From a bacterium (GTDB taxonomy: Bacteria; RBG-13-61-14; DATKZS01): 64,000 nt of DNA. The stretch lies in the NCBI GenBank assembly GCA_963674965.2, contig CAXXFL010000004.1:1-64000 (forward strand). The letters are read 5' to 3'. The notes below the pieces were generated by a model. That model was not told the DNA's origin and searched no databases. It saw nothing but the letters and a program-made list of their open reading frames with translations. The number at the start of each line of letters is the position of its first letter. The first letter of the stretch is position 1. Below are positions 27,302 through 37,882 of this stretch, piece by piece. A program made the translations under genes and the position numbers.

Positions 27302-28618
27302 GTGAAAACCTTGTCACAAGCGGATCGACTTTCGTTTCCCGCGGGTTTTATTTTCGGCGTCTCCGGCGGTTCCCTTCAATCGGAGGGGGCGGCCGAATAT
27401 TCAGATTGGATTATACACGAGCGGAAAGGCAACGCCCCGCCCAGCGGCGAGGGATCGAGGAAAAAGGAACGCTTCGACGAGGATTGCCTGAGGGCGGCCG
27501 AGCTTGGTATCGATCGCCAGCTTATCTGCCTGGACTGGGCCCGGCTCGAGCCGCAAAGAGGCATGTACGACCGGGAAGTAATCGATGATTACCGCTTCCG
27601 CCTGGAATCGGCCAGGAGAAGGGGCCTGTCCATCTGGATTACCCTCCACGACGTCGGCCTGCCCGCCTGGTTCGCCCGGGCGGGAGGGTTCATGGACCAG
27701 GCGGCCCTTATGCACTGGCACCGCTTCGTCGAGTTGGCGGCCAAGGAGTTTGGCAAGTCCGTCGAGTTCTGGTTGCCCATCCGCCGGCCCACCGCCTACG
27801 CCCTGGCCTCTGAGCTGCTCGGCCTTTACCCACCGGCCAGGAAAAGAATGGACAAGTTCTCCGACATGCTGGTCATGATCCACCGGGCCCACGGAGACGC
27901 CTATAAAATACTCAAGGCCTACCTGCCGGCCACCGCCCGGGTGGGCATGAACCTCCTCGCGATACCCACCCATCCCCACGATCCCGAGTCGGACCAGGAC
28001 AGGATTTCGGCCGATTTCCTGGACGGCTACCTGAATCACGCGCCCCTCGAGGCCCTCGCCCACGGGTCCATGAACGTGCCCGGAAAAGGATGCGTCGAGC
28101 TGCCCTCCACCAGGGGAGCGGCCGACTTCATCGGTATCGATTATTTCTTTCGGGCCGTGGTGGGAAACGGACAAAAGCCCTCCGACACGCGCTGCATGGC
28201 CGAGCTCTCGGAGATGGAGGGCATGCCCGGCGTTCGTCTCGACCGGGAGAACGAGCGGACCAGTGAGGCCGGATTCGGGGTTTTTCCAGAGGGTATTTAC
28301 GAGGCGATCAAAAGGGTCCATTCCTCCGGCGCCAACCTTCCCATGTACGTCACCGGCTGCGGCGTGGCCACCAGCGACGAGGAACTTCGTACCCAGTACC
28401 TTGGGAGGACCCTCATCGAGATCCACCGCGCAATCGAGCAGGGCCTCGAGGTCAAGGGCCTCTTCTACTGGTCCGACGTGGACTCCTACGAGTTGAACCT
28501 AGGCTACAAGGCCCATTACGGCCTCTTCGGCTTCGACCCCGAAACGGGAGAGCGGACCAAAAGGCCCGCCGCCGACCTCCTCGCCAGGGTCATCAAAAAC
28601 AAGAGGGAAGAAAGGTAG
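27302..28618 (+). CDS. Glycoside hydrolase family 1 homologue, probably catalytically inactive
   Basis: FPAGFIFG, WARLEP, DFIGIDYF, GLFYWS; NEP replaced by RRP and ENG by GCG. Confidence 0.8.
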   Translation: MKTLSQADRLSFPAGFIFGVSGGSLQSEGAAEYSDWIIHERKGNAPPSGEGSRKKERFDEDCLRAAELGIDRQLICLDWARLEPQRGMYDREVIDDYRFRLESARRRGLSIWITLHDVGLPAWFARAGGFMDQAALMHWHRFVELAAKEFGKSVEFWLPIRRPTAYALASELLGLYPPARKRMDKFSDMLVMIHRAHGDAYKILKAYLPATARVGMNLLAIPTHPHDPESDQDRISADFLDGYLNHAPLEALAHGSMNVPGKGCVELPSTRGAADFIGIDYFFRAVVGNGQKPSDTRCMAELSEMEGMPGVRLDRENERTSEAGFGVFPEGIYEAIKRVHSSGANLPMYVTGCGVATSDEELRTQYLGRTLIEIHRAIEQGLEVKGLFYWSDVDSYELNLGYKAHYGLFGFDPETGERTKRPAADLLARVIKNKREER

Positions 28619-28717
28619 TTTTTATATTCACGGGAGCTGATGAAATGGCGATCAACCCAGCGGCTCTTCGATGCACCGGATGAGCGGAAAGTATATGATG
28701 AAAAGGCGGAGATCGTA

Positions 28718-30010
28718 ATGGCCAAAATAGAGGGCATCCGTATACGGAATTTCAGGGTCTTGCGAGACGTGACCTTTGGCAAACTCTGGAACCTTCAACA
28801 AACTAAACCATTGACTCCCATGACGACCGTTATAGGGAAAAACGGAGTAGGAAAAAGCACGCTCTTCGACGCGTTTGGTTTCCTTTCCGATTGTCTCAAG
28901 TCGGGCGTTGAAGAAGCTTGCGATCTGCGAGGACGGGGAGGCTTCGAGCGCGTCAGGTCGCAAGGTCAAAATGGTCCCATTGAGTTCGAGGTTTACTACA
29001 GGGAAGAAGGAAACGCGAGACCCATCACTTACGAGCTTTCCATCGACCTCGATTCATCGGGCCGGCCATACGTACAAAAAGAACGACTCCGCCAGAGGAG
29101 AAAGGGACAAAAACACGGAAGGCCATTTTCTTTTCTCCTGCTTAGTGAAGGAGAAGGCATCGCTTGGAAGGGTGAAGAAGGCGGAAGCGAATTTGACGAC
29201 GATATACGCCGTCCAGATTTGATAAAATATATAGAATCAATAAAAACCAAAAAAGGCGGTAAAGAAAGCGGCGAAACGGAGGTCGTGAAACTCTCGGACA
29301 AACGAAAGCTTGGGATAGCCACGCTTGGGGGCCTTAAACAGCATCCCAGGATATCAGCTATTAGGAATTTTATCGAGGGTTGGTATTTGAGTTACTTCAC
29401 GTCCGACGCGGCCCGCCCCTTGCCGTTGGCCGGACCGCAAAAGCGGCTAAATATCCATGGGGAAAACATAGGCAACGTCGTGCAATTCATGGAAAGAGAA
29501 CATCCCAAGCGTTTCCAGCAAATACTTGACGGGATTTCCAATAAAATCCCCGGAGTTCATAAAATCGACACGGCAAAAACGCTTGACGGAAGTCTCCTCC
29601 TTCGGTTCAGCGAAAAAGGCTTCCAGGACCCGTTTTACGGGCGGCAGATGTCGGACGGCACATTAAAAGTTTTAGCCTATCTACTTCTTCTCGAGGACCC
29701 GAATCCACCGCCTTTTCTTTGTATCGAGGAACCGGAGAATGGCCTCTACCATAAACTCCTCGAGGCCCTGGCCCAAGAATTCCGAAATCACGCCACGGGA
29801 AGAAAGGGTGGAGCGCAAATATTCATTACCACTCACCAGCCTTACTTCGTCGACGCCCTTAAGCCGGAGGAGGTATGGATACTGGAAAAAAGGGATGATG
29901 GTTTCGCCACCATCCGCAGGGCCAGTGATGATGAAACCGTAAAGAACATGGTGGATGAGGGACTTCCGCTCGGTGGACTATGGTATAGCGACTATCTCGA
30001 CGCCAGGTAA
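28718..30010 (+). CDS. ABC/AAA_21-type ATPase
   Basis: IRNFRVL; Walker A GKNGVGKS; signature MSDGT; Walker B LCIEEPENGL; TTHQP. Confidence 0.9.
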   Translation: MAKIEGIRIRNFRVLRDVTFGKLWNLQQTKPLTPMTTVIGKNGVGKSTLFDAFGFLSDCLKSGVEEACDLRGRGGFERVRSQGQNGPIEFEVYYREEGNARPITYELSIDLDSSGRPYVQKERLRQRRKGQKHGRPFSFLLLSEGEGIAWKGEEGGSEFDDDIRRPDLIKYIESIKTKKGGKESGETEVVKLSDKRKLGIATLGGLKQHPRISAIRNFIEGWYLSYFTSDAARPLPLAGPQKRLNIHGENIGNVVQFMEREHPKRFQQILDGISNKIPGVHKIDTAKTLDGSLLLRFSEKGFQDPFYGRQMSDGTLKVLAYLLLLEDPNPPPFLCIEEPENGLYHKLLEALAQEFRNHATGRKGGAQIFITTHQPYFVDALKPEEVWILEKRDDGFATIRRASDDETVKNMVDEGLPLGGLWYSDYLDAR

Positions 30011-30014
30011 AAAG

Positions 30015-30671
30015 ATGCATTTTGAAATTCTCGTTGAAGACCAATCCGGAAAAAAAGCGCTTGAAATCCTGGTCCCAAAAATAATTGGCCAAGAACATAC
30101 GTTCAAAATAATTTCCTATAAAGGCCTGGGGAAAATCCCGGCAAATTTGCGCGATCCCAAGGCGGCGCATGACAGGATTTTACTGGACAACTTGCCCAAA
30201 TTGCTTCGAGGATATGGAAAGACTCACTCGAGTTATCAAAACTACGACGCGGCCGTGATATTGGTGTGCGATCTTGACGATAAATGCCTGAAAGATTTTC
30301 GTGGACGTCTTAACGAAATTCTTGCAAATTGCGATCCTAAACCAAAAACGCGTTTTTGTATTGCCATAGAGGAGGGAGAGGCATGGCTCCTTGGCGACCT
30401 GCCGGCGATCAAGACCGCATATCCCAAGGCTAAGGACCCGATCCTCAATTCTTATCGAAACGACGATATTTGCGGCACGTGGGAAAAATTGGCCGACGCG
30501 GTTTATCTGGGCGGTTCTCAAGTCCTTAGCGCCAAAGGATGGAAAGCGGTGGGAACGGAGAAATCGAAGTGGTCGGACTCCATTGCCCCCAATATGGACG
30601 TCGATCAAAATAAATCTCCAAGCTTTCAATATTTCAGGGACAAATTAAGACAACTATCGAAAACCGCCTGA
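30015..30671 (+). CDS. DUF4276-like (TOPRIM-like) protein
   Basis: LVEDQS; VCDLDD; EGEAWLLGD; SPSF; starts 4 bp after the ATPase stop. Confidence 0.75.
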   Translation: MHFEILVEDQSGKKALEILVPKIIGQEHTFKIISYKGLGKIPANLRDPKAAHDRILLDNLPKLLRGYGKTHSSYQNYDAAVILVCDLDDKCLKDFRGRLNEILANCDPKPKTRFCIAIEEGEAWLLGDLPAIKTAYPKAKDPILNSYRNDDICGTWEKLADAVYLGGSQVLSAKGWKAVGTEKSKWSDSIAPNMDVDQNKSPSFQYFRDKLRQLSKTA

Positions 30672-31087
30672 GTATTTTCCCTATAGTTTTAGAGCGGCCG
30701 CGGGCTGAGAATAGTATACGCGTTATACAAAGTAATAATTAGTACGGCTCCTTCTATTTCACATGGGGCCTGATTGAAAGTTACGTCGGATGCGATCAGC
30801 CCGCGGTCTCGTCGTCGTCAACGACCAATATAGCAATTTCATTCATCTAACGCTCCCCGGGCAATCCGCCCGGAATGAACGCGAGTATAACAAAATCGAA
30901 CTAACCTGACAAAAGTGGCGACAGGCCATCAAGGTGGATGGCAAAAAGCAGGCTGGTGGCGCGGGCGATTCTTCTTTATCGGTTTTATTATTCCTTTTAT
31001 CCATTTGTGATATGATATACTCGCTATAGCCGTGATTTCGACCAGCAGAAGGTTTATTTGATGTAAACGATAAGGAGGGCTAAAACC

Positions 31088-32050
31088 ATGAAGCGTTTTA
31101 AAACGGCGGCGGTTCTTTTCCTGATAACTATCGCGTGTGTCCTTTTTGGGGCGCAAGAAGAAAAGGAGTATAGTTGTAGGACATCTCATTATTCTTGCGA
31201 TATTGATATATCTAATTCCCCGGAAGACCTCGAAAGATTTAGAGATATTTCAGAAGGCGAATGTTTCCCGAGCTTTATCGAAGATTGCGCCTTTAAATTC
31301 GGACCACTCATGGAAGATTATTACAAAACATCCAAGATTATAGCGTATTTGAGTTCCCATAATGATTCTCGAACAAATGCAATAATCGTAAATACAATTA
31401 GAAACAGAGAAGCATTAAGTGATAAATTTTATGATTCAATATTTATAATGGATCGTTCAAAGTACTATTTTTATTACGAGTCACTATTATATTTGCCTTC
31501 CACGGAAGTATGTCAAGATGATCAAATGCGCATTGCGGAACATTTTGCCGATAGTCATCCTGAAGAGATTAGCTTGGTTTTGCAATCTATGTTTAACAGC
31601 AGCATTAGCGGGTTGTCCTGGATTGGCCCACGGACGGATAGATTTTTCATCGAAAATTGCAAGTCCAAATCGAATGTATGCGTTGATATTATTTTTAAAT
31701 CATTTAACACGGATGGTGAATTTATCGTGGCTCAGAATAATTTACTAGCTATTAATCGGCTAAAAGAATGCGACGCGCGTTATGTCGACATTAAATATAA
31801 AGAACTCCTGTCAAATTTGCTGGAACATAAACGCAACTATAAATTGACGATACTTCTCATCACGGAAATGGAACGCAGGAATATATTGACATGCGACATG
31901 GTTAACTCTATCAGAAATAAATATGGAGACAAATTGGACAACAAACTCGTCGAATTCCCCGAGGAGAAAGAAGAGTCAAAGGACTTCGACAAACGATTAT
32001 ACATGAATAGCTACAGTGAAATTATGAAAAAGTGCGAGGGCGTGAAATAA
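31088..32050 (+). CDS. Secreted Cys-rich hypothetical protein (AT-rich)
   Basis: TAAGGAGG RBS; signal peptide; 320-aa ORF. Confidence 0.7.
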   Translation: MKRFKTAAVLFLITIACVLFGAQEEKEYSCRTSHYSCDIDISNSPEDLERFRDISEGECFPSFIEDCAFKFGPLMEDYYKTSKIIAYLSSHNDSRTNAIIVNTIRNREALSDKFYDSIFIMDRSKYYFYYESLLYLPSTEVCQDDQMRIAEHFADSHPEEISLVLQSMFNSSISGLSWIGPRTDRFFIENCKSKSNVCVDIIFKSFNTDGEFIVAQNNLLAINRLKECDARYVDIKYKELLSNLLEHKRNYKLTILLITEMERRNILTCDMVNSIRNKYGDKLDNKLVEFPEEKEESKDFDKRLYMNSYSEIMKKCEGVK

Positions 32051-32176
32051 CCAGGACGATGAGGAGGACGGAAAAAACCGCGGGCGACTCGGACGGCTCA
32101 TCCACGGCGCGAGCCGTATCTTTTATAACGCGTTCAATTATAGTAGAATCGACTTCGATCGGGGGTGATAGAAGCA

Positions 32177-33388
32177 ATGGGAACGTCAGGAAAACGAATA
32201 GTTATCGCGGCGACCGTGGTTATGGCCCTTGTAGCGGCCCTGTCAGGCCTGTCGTGCCTTTCGAGGACATACACGGATGTTCCTTTAACCTCTCGCGTCG
32301 TTGACGCCGAAACGGGGGGTCCCGTCCAAGACGCATATATACTGTATAGAAAAATATGGAGAGTTCACGGTCTTGCGGGAGAGCTTTTCGGGCAAAGCGA
32401 GTTCAGCAGGAGCTTTATCTCGAAAACGGACGCCCAGGGCATTTTTACTGTACCTGAGACAAAGATTAAGTACTCCGGCTTGTATGAGCCATTTATGCTT
32501 AGATTGCTCGTGTTTAAGCAAGGCTACGGATACAAGGAATTGATGGTAAACGTCAGTTCCTCGATCGGCAAATTGAATGAAAACGAAGAGTCGCCAAACG
32601 ATTTAATACAACTTGCAAGCGTGCCTTCGACAATACACCTTTATCCACTTAAGCCGGATGACTCGCCTTGTCGGCAGTGGGAAAAGGTCGATTACGAAAC
32701 GCCATTTTTTCTGGGCGTCAATAGGATCGTCGAGGGAAAACTTGAAAGCCGCAAGACGGCTATCGAGGCCCAAAAGGCCCTGGAGGATTTCCACGATTTC
32801 GTTGAAGATCATGATTGCTCGAAAAAAGAGAACATCAATAAGATGAATATCGGCGATCTTTCCGATTATCTGGATAAAAATCCAGAAGTCGTCAATGACG
32901 CCAGTCCTGACGGGAGTACACCGTTATTAAACGCGGCAGTGTTTGGTGACGTCGAAACAGTAAAGCTGCTTCTTGACAAAGGAGCCGATGTAAATGCAAT
33001 GACAGACTGGGGGACCCCTCTTTTTATGGCAACTGTAAACGGAAAGACTGAGGTTGTGAAGCTCCTCTTGGAGCATGGAGCTGACCCTAATATTCCCGAA
33101 AGAACGGGCTCGACCCCACTCCACGCGGCAATAGGGGGGAATAGGAGTATCGTGATACTTTTGCTGGCAGCCGGGGCCGACCCGAACGCGGCTGAGAGCG
33201 GAGGATTAACGCCCTTGCATATTTGCGCGATTCTAGGACGTGAAGATTATTGCGAAGTATTATTGAAACATGGGGCTGTCCCCAGCCTGACTTTAAAAGA
33301 CCATGAGGGAAAAACTCCCCTCGACGTCGCCAATGATATGGATCACCGGAAAGCCTACGATCTAATGAACAGTTACTTGTATCGTTGA
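32177..33388 (+). CDS. Exported ankyrin-repeat protein with N-terminal beta-sandwich
   Basis: Hydrophobic leader with LSC; RVVDAETGGPV; GSTPLL, GTPLF, GSTPLH, GLTPLH and GKTPLD ankyrin motifs (start may be 32165). Confidence 0.85.
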   Translation: MGTSGKRIVIAATVVMALVAALSGLSCLSRTYTDVPLTSRVVDAETGGPVQDAYILYRKIWRVHGLAGELFGQSEFSRSFISKTDAQGIFTVPETKIKYSGLYEPFMLRLLVFKQGYGYKELMVNVSSSIGKLNENEESPNDLIQLASVPSTIHLYPLKPDDSPCRQWEKVDYETPFFLGVNRIVEGKLESRKTAIEAQKALEDFHDFVEDHDCSKKENINKMNIGDLSDYLDKNPEVVNDASPDGSTPLLNAAVFGDVETVKLLLDKGADVNAMTDWGTPLFMATVNGKTEVVKLLLEHGADPNIPERTGSTPLHAAIGGNRSIVILLLAAGADPNAAESGGLTPLHICAILGREDYCEVLLKHGAVPSLTLKDHEGKTPLDVANDMDHRKAYDLMNSYLYR

Positions 33389-33563
33389 TGCAAAAAGACC
33401 CGGCCACGCTGGGGCCAATTACGCAATCGAGGCCCGTTCCCTCTTCGCTCTTGACGCCATGACTTGGGTCATTGTAGTATCGCCGCTGGACGGGAGCATT
33501 ATTAATGGCTTCCAGGTCCACTCCGCTGATATGGCGGAATTCCATCAAGGAGAACGAAGCAAA

Positions 33564-34379
33564 ATGAGCAAAAGAAACTGGTTATTGAAAATGTACTTCA
33601 TGATTTTTATCCTCATTGTCACGATAGCCGGCGGACTCGTCATGGCGGGGGGAGAATCGGCGCTTCAGGTTAACAACAACTCGAACTCCAGTCTTTCGGT
33701 GATCATGTTCTCGGGCGGTAACAAGGTGCTCGAGCGGGACCTGGCGCCAAGAAGCTCGGGCCAGTATCCCATCAGCCCGGGCTCGTATTCCCTCCACTAC
33801 TATGACGACAACGGCCTGGAGCGTTGGTTCGACTGCAATATCGGGCCGGACAAGCTGTATACCTTCAACTGCGTACACATGGACGGCAAATACGGTCCCG
33901 GCGCGAACTGCGACCACAACCTCGGCGTATCGGCCCTGCCCAAGGCGGGTAACCCCGCCCCATCCGCTCCCTCCGAGAGGGACGCCATCGAGGCCATGCT
34001 CAAAAGATACTCCGATTCGGTGAGCGAGAACGACGTCAACCGTCACATGAGTTGTTTCGCCCAAAGCGTCAACTGGTTCGGCAAGGAAAAAAGCTGGTCG
34101 GAGATCATGAGCATAATGCAAAAGGACTTCGGGCTTTACACCTTCAAGAGCATGAACGTCGACAAATTCGAGGTCTCCGTCAACGGGGAGACGGCCACCG
34201 CTCTGTTCGACAAGCAATGGACCTTTTGCAACTGGGACAAGGGAAAGGGCTTTTGCGGGGCAGTCCGCTCGAAATACATGCTGATCAAGGAAAGCGGGGC
34301 CTGGAAAATACGCGGCGTCGAGGACGTGAAGGTCTATTGGTCGGAAAAGGGCATAAACGCCAAGTGCTGCGACTTTTAA
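33564..34379 (+). CDS. Secreted protein with C-terminal NTF2/SnoaL-like domain
   Basis: AAGGAG RBS; signal/TM; Pro/Ala linker; AIEAMLKRY...LIKESGAWKI. Confidence 0.65.
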   Translation: MSKRNWLLKMYFMIFILIVTIAGGLVMAGGESALQVNNNSNSSLSVIMFSGGNKVLERDLAPRSSGQYPISPGSYSLHYYDDNGLERWFDCNIGPDKLYTFNCVHMDGKYGPGANCDHNLGVSALPKAGNPAPSAPSERDAIEAMLKRYSDSVSENDVNRHMSCFAQSVNWFGKEKSWSEIMSIMQKDFGLYTFKSMNVDKFEVSVNGETATALFDKQWTFCNWDKGKGFCGAVRSKYMLIKESGAWKIRGVEDVKVYWSEKGINAKCCDF

Positions 34380-34448
34380 AGCTCCCAGGATTGACGCGAG
34401 CTTGCGTATGAACTGGAAAAGGCAAACGATTCCGGCTATGATGGTCCC

Positions 34449-35345
34449 ATGAAAAACGAGCGGGGCATAAGCGTTTGGGAGATACTGGCCGCCATGGCCG
34501 TGGTTTCCCTGCTGGCGGCGGGACTGATATTTCTGAAGGGCCAGGAAGACCTTGTTTCCGCGCTGGAGAAGGGCGAGCGTCCCTCCGACGCCCGGGAGAC
34601 GCTGGGTGAGAGGCTGAAAAAGGACCCCAACGACCTGGCGGCCCAGTCCTGGCTGCTACGGCTCGAGATCGAGGAGGGGGACACCCTTTCGGCCTCCCGC
34701 CGGCTGGCCATGCTCGAGGTGAAATTCAAGGGAAGCTATGAGGTCGAGTCCGGCGCCTGCCTTTTTTATATGAAGAACAAGAACTGGTCCGTCGCGTCCA
34801 ACAGGTGCAATAAAGCGCTCAAGGTCTCGAGAAGGACGGTGGAGGACTTAAACCTCGCGGCGGCCTCTCTCCTCAAGGCCGGCAAGGCCAAGGACGCCAA
34901 GCCCATCCTGCTCGAGGCCCAGGAGAAGTCGCCCAATAACTACAAGGTGCTTAACAACCTCGGGTTCTATTATCTTTCCAGGCGCGACTACGATCAGGCC
35001 TTTCCCCTGTTTAAAAAATCCATCGTCCTCAACCCCGCGGAGATTGACGCGAGAAAAAACCTGGCCCGGGCGTATTTCGAGACCAAACGGGTCGATGATT
35101 GCGTCAAGACCCTGGAGGAGGTCCTCGCCCTGGACAAGAACGACGCGGAAGTGCTGGTCAACCTGGCCGTGATCAGCGCCGAGTATTTAAGGCAAAACGA
35201 AAAAGCCCGGGAATACGCCACGCGTGCCCTGGCCCTGGGCCTTCCGCCGGAGCAGGCCAATCGGCTCCTCTTTATCGTCGCGGGCAAAAGCGTCAACGTG
35301 GTCCCGCCGCCGGGGTCCGAGTTGTCCACCCCTCCCGAGCGATGA
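34449..35345 (+). CDS. TPR-repeat protein with class III (prepilin-like) leader
   Basis: MKNERG|ISVWE followed by a hydrophobic helix; TPR motifs VLNNLG, ARKNLA, VLVNLA. Confidence 0.8.
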   Translation: MKNERGISVWEILAAMAVVSLLAAGLIFLKGQEDLVSALEKGERPSDARETLGERLKKDPNDLAAQSWLLRLEIEEGDTLSASRRLAMLEVKFKGSYEVESGACLFYMKNKNWSVASNRCNKALKVSRRTVEDLNLAAASLLKAGKAKDAKPILLEAQEKSPNNYKVLNNLGFYYLSRRDYDQAFPLFKKSIVLNPAEIDARKNLARAYFETKRVDDCVKTLEEVLALDKNDAEVLVNLAVISAEYLRQNEKAREYATRALALGLPPEQANRLLFIVAGKSVNVVPPPGSELSTPPER

Positions 35346-35365
35346 CCCCGGGCCGGGCCGCGAAG

Positions 35366-37588
35366 TCATCCGTCCAGGACTTCCCTGACTTTTCCTAACA
35401 GCGACTTGTTGGTGAAGGGCTTTTGTATGAAGCGGAAAGTCCTGCTGGCCTCCCCCCCCTTGGCCACCAGTTCCTCGTTGTAGCCGGACATAAAAAGGGT
35501 CTTCATGTCCGGATGGATGAGGCGGATTTGCTTGACCATCTCCCATCCGTTCATTCCGGTCATGACCACGTCGGTCAGGACCATGTCGATGTCGTTCATT
35601 TTTTCCTCGAAGACCATGAGTCCTTCCTCGCCCGATGAGGCCGTCAGCACCTCGTATCCCTCGAGCTCGAGAATGTCCTTGGCCACACGCCGCACCGACT
35701 CCTCGTCCTCGACCACCAGCACCGTCTCCCAGCCGCCGGGGGCAACGGGACCCTCCTTGGCGCGGAGGGCGGACGCCGTGATCTCGTGCTCGGAAAGGCG
35801 CTTGAGGAATATGGAAAAGGTCGTGCCGATCCCCTCCTTGCTGTCGGCCGTGATGTGGCCGTCGTGCTGCCTGACGATGCCGTAGACGCTGGCCAGACCC
35901 AGGCCCGTGCCCTTGCCTTCCTCCTTGGTGGTGAAGAAGGGCTCGAATATCCTTTCCATGACCTCGGGCAAGATGCCCGTTCCGTTGTCCCTGACCGAGA
36001 CGATCACGAACTTTCCGCTCTTAAGGTCGTGCGGAGCGCCGGGGTCTCCGCTTCGTATGGTGGCGCTCCTCGTTTGGAGGACTAATTTTCCTCCCTCGGG
36101 CATGGCGTCGCGGGCGTTGACCACCAGGTTCACTATCACCTGCTCGAACTGGCTGGGGTCCATCATCACGTGGCCCACGTTTTCCTCGAGGTCCGTCTCG
36201 AGTTCGACGTCCTCCCCTATAAGGCGCCGGAGCATGGTCTCCAGGTCGGCCAGCACGTCGTTGGGACAAAGGGGAACGGGCTCGATCATCTGCCTTCTGC
36301 TGAAGGCCAGGAGCTGGCGGGTAAGGGCTGCCGAGCGCTCGGCCGCGGCCCTCATTTCCTGGTGATAGCGCCGCATGTCGTCGTCCTTGCCGAGCTTCCT
36401 GTCCAGTACGCTGAGGATGCCCAGGATCACGGTGAGCTGGTTGTTGAAGTCGTGCGCCACGCCGCCGGCCAGCTTGCCGATGGCCTCCATTTTCTGGCCG
36501 TGCATGAAGCGCTCCTCCATCAGCTTCTTGTCGGTGACGTCGTCGCCCACGACGAGAGCGAAGGTGCGCCCGCCCACCTCGATGGTCTCGGCGGAAAGCA
36601 AAAGGGTCCGCACCATGCCCGACTTGGTAATGATCTCGCTTTCCACGTTGATAAAGCTGCCGATGTCGCGAAGGGCCTTTTTCATGGCGTTGAGGTCCGA
36701 GCGGTACTTGAAAAAGGGAGGGTTTTTATAGTTCCCTCCCACCACCTCCTCGCGACTGTAACCGCTTGTCATGAGGTAGCTGGAGTTTACGTCAACGTGG
36801 ATGCCCGTGGCCATGTCCGTCAGCAGCATGACGCTGGGGGAGGAGTGGAAGGTCTTGGTGAACATCTCGCTCGATTCCCGAAGCGCCTCGTCCCTGGCCT
36901 CGATCAGGTCGAGCATCTCGTTGAAGTTGTCGATAAGCTGGCCCACCTCGTCGGGCGGCCCTTTTTCGGCGCGGAGGGAGTAGTCCCTTTTGTCGGTCAC
37001 CTCCTTGGCCGTCCGGGCCAGGGAAAGGATCGGACCCAGCACCGTGCCCTGTAACCTGGTCCCCATCAGGAAGGCCACGATAAAGGCGACCAAAAGGGAG
37101 ATACCGAAGATGAAAAGGTGGCGCGCCGAAACTTGGCGGTACTCGCTTTTATCCTGGCGCAGGGTCAAAAACCCGACTCTTTGGCCCTCGAAAGCAATGG
37201 GCACGGTGGTCTCGACGTAGTCCACGTAGGCCGCCGTTTCCAACTCGCTTAGAGGCGGCGGAGCAATGGCCTCGTTTCTGTCCCTTTGATATATGGCCAC
37301 CACCTTGCCGTCAAGGTCGTACACGCAGGCGAGGAATATGGAGGGCTTGGCCGCCAGGGAGGCGAGAATTTTTCCGGCCCCTTCATAGTCCTTGTGGGCG
37401 ACGTAGGGAGCCCCGTTGGAGCTTATGACCCCGGCGAAACCCGCCAAGTCCCTTAGCAAAATTTTATTGCGAATGAAATAGGAATAGGTAAAAAGGGATA
37501 TAATCGGCGCCAGCACGGCCGCGATACTGGACACGATCACGATATTGACAATCTTCTTTTTGAGGCTCTTTGATGAAGTCTTGCGCAC
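35366..37588 (-). CDS. Membrane hybrid sensor kinase (periplasmic sensor, HAMP, PAS, HisKA, HATPase, REC)
   Basis: Two TMs; [37 protein letters not shown]. Confidence 0.93.
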   Translation of the reverse strand: MRKTSSKSLKKKIVNIVIVSSIAAVLAPIISLFTYSYFIRNKILLRDLAGFAGVISSNGAPYVAHKDYEGAGKILASLAAKPSIFLACVYDLDGKVVAIYQRDRNEAIAPPPLSELETAAYVDYVETTVPIAFEGQRVGFLTLRQDKSEYRQVSARHLFIFGISLLVAFIVAFLMGTRLQGTVLGPILSLARTAKEVTDKRDYSLRAEKGPPDEVGQLIDNFNEMLDLIEARDEALRESSEMFTKTFHSSPSVMLLTDMATGIHVDVNSSYLMTSGYSREEVVGGNYKNPPFFKYRSDLNAMKKALRDIGSFINVESEIITKSGMVRTLLLSAETIEVGGRTFALVVGDDVTDKKLMEERFMHGQKMEAIGKLAGGVAHDFNNQLTVILGILSVLDRKLGKDDDMRRYHQEMRAAAERSAALTRQLLAFSRRQMIEPVPLCPNDVLADLETMLRRLIGEDVELETDLEENVGHVMMDPSQFEQVIVNLVVNARDAMPEGGKLVLQTRSATIRSGDPGAPHDLKSGKFVIVSVRDNGTGILPEVMERIFEPFFTTKEEGKGTGLGLASVYGIVRQHDGHITADSKEGIGTTFSIFLKRLSEHEITASALRAKEGPVAPGGWETVLVVEDEESVRRVAKDILELEGYEVLTASSGEEGLMVFEEKMNDIDMVLTDVVMTGMNGWEMVKQIRLIHPDMKTLFMSGYNEELVAKGGEASRTFRFIQKPFTNKSLLGKVREVLDG

Positions 37589-37882
37589 GCCCGTTTCTCC
37601 GCCTCGCCCATCCCCGCCAATTTTCCACCAGTACCGGTAACCCGACGGGTATCCGGCGCTTTGTCATCGCCTTTGAAAAAAGACGCGCTTATCTTCCCAT
37701 GCTGGATAAGCCTCGTCTTATTATACCCGATCCGAGTCGTTTGTCACGCCATGGAGGGCATGAAGACTTATGGCCGCCGGATACTCTTTAAAAAATACTT
37801 CAGTCTTGCGCCTTGGCGGTTTGAAGACGGGTTGCCCGCGCGATTTGGAGCGGGGCAATATATAAGCCGATCGAAAGGGAGT

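Noticed and set aside
30840-30960. attC-like start (atctaac) suggesting integron cassettes
   Set aside because: No matching GTTRRRY end or paired L boxes, no repetition between ORFs, no integrase
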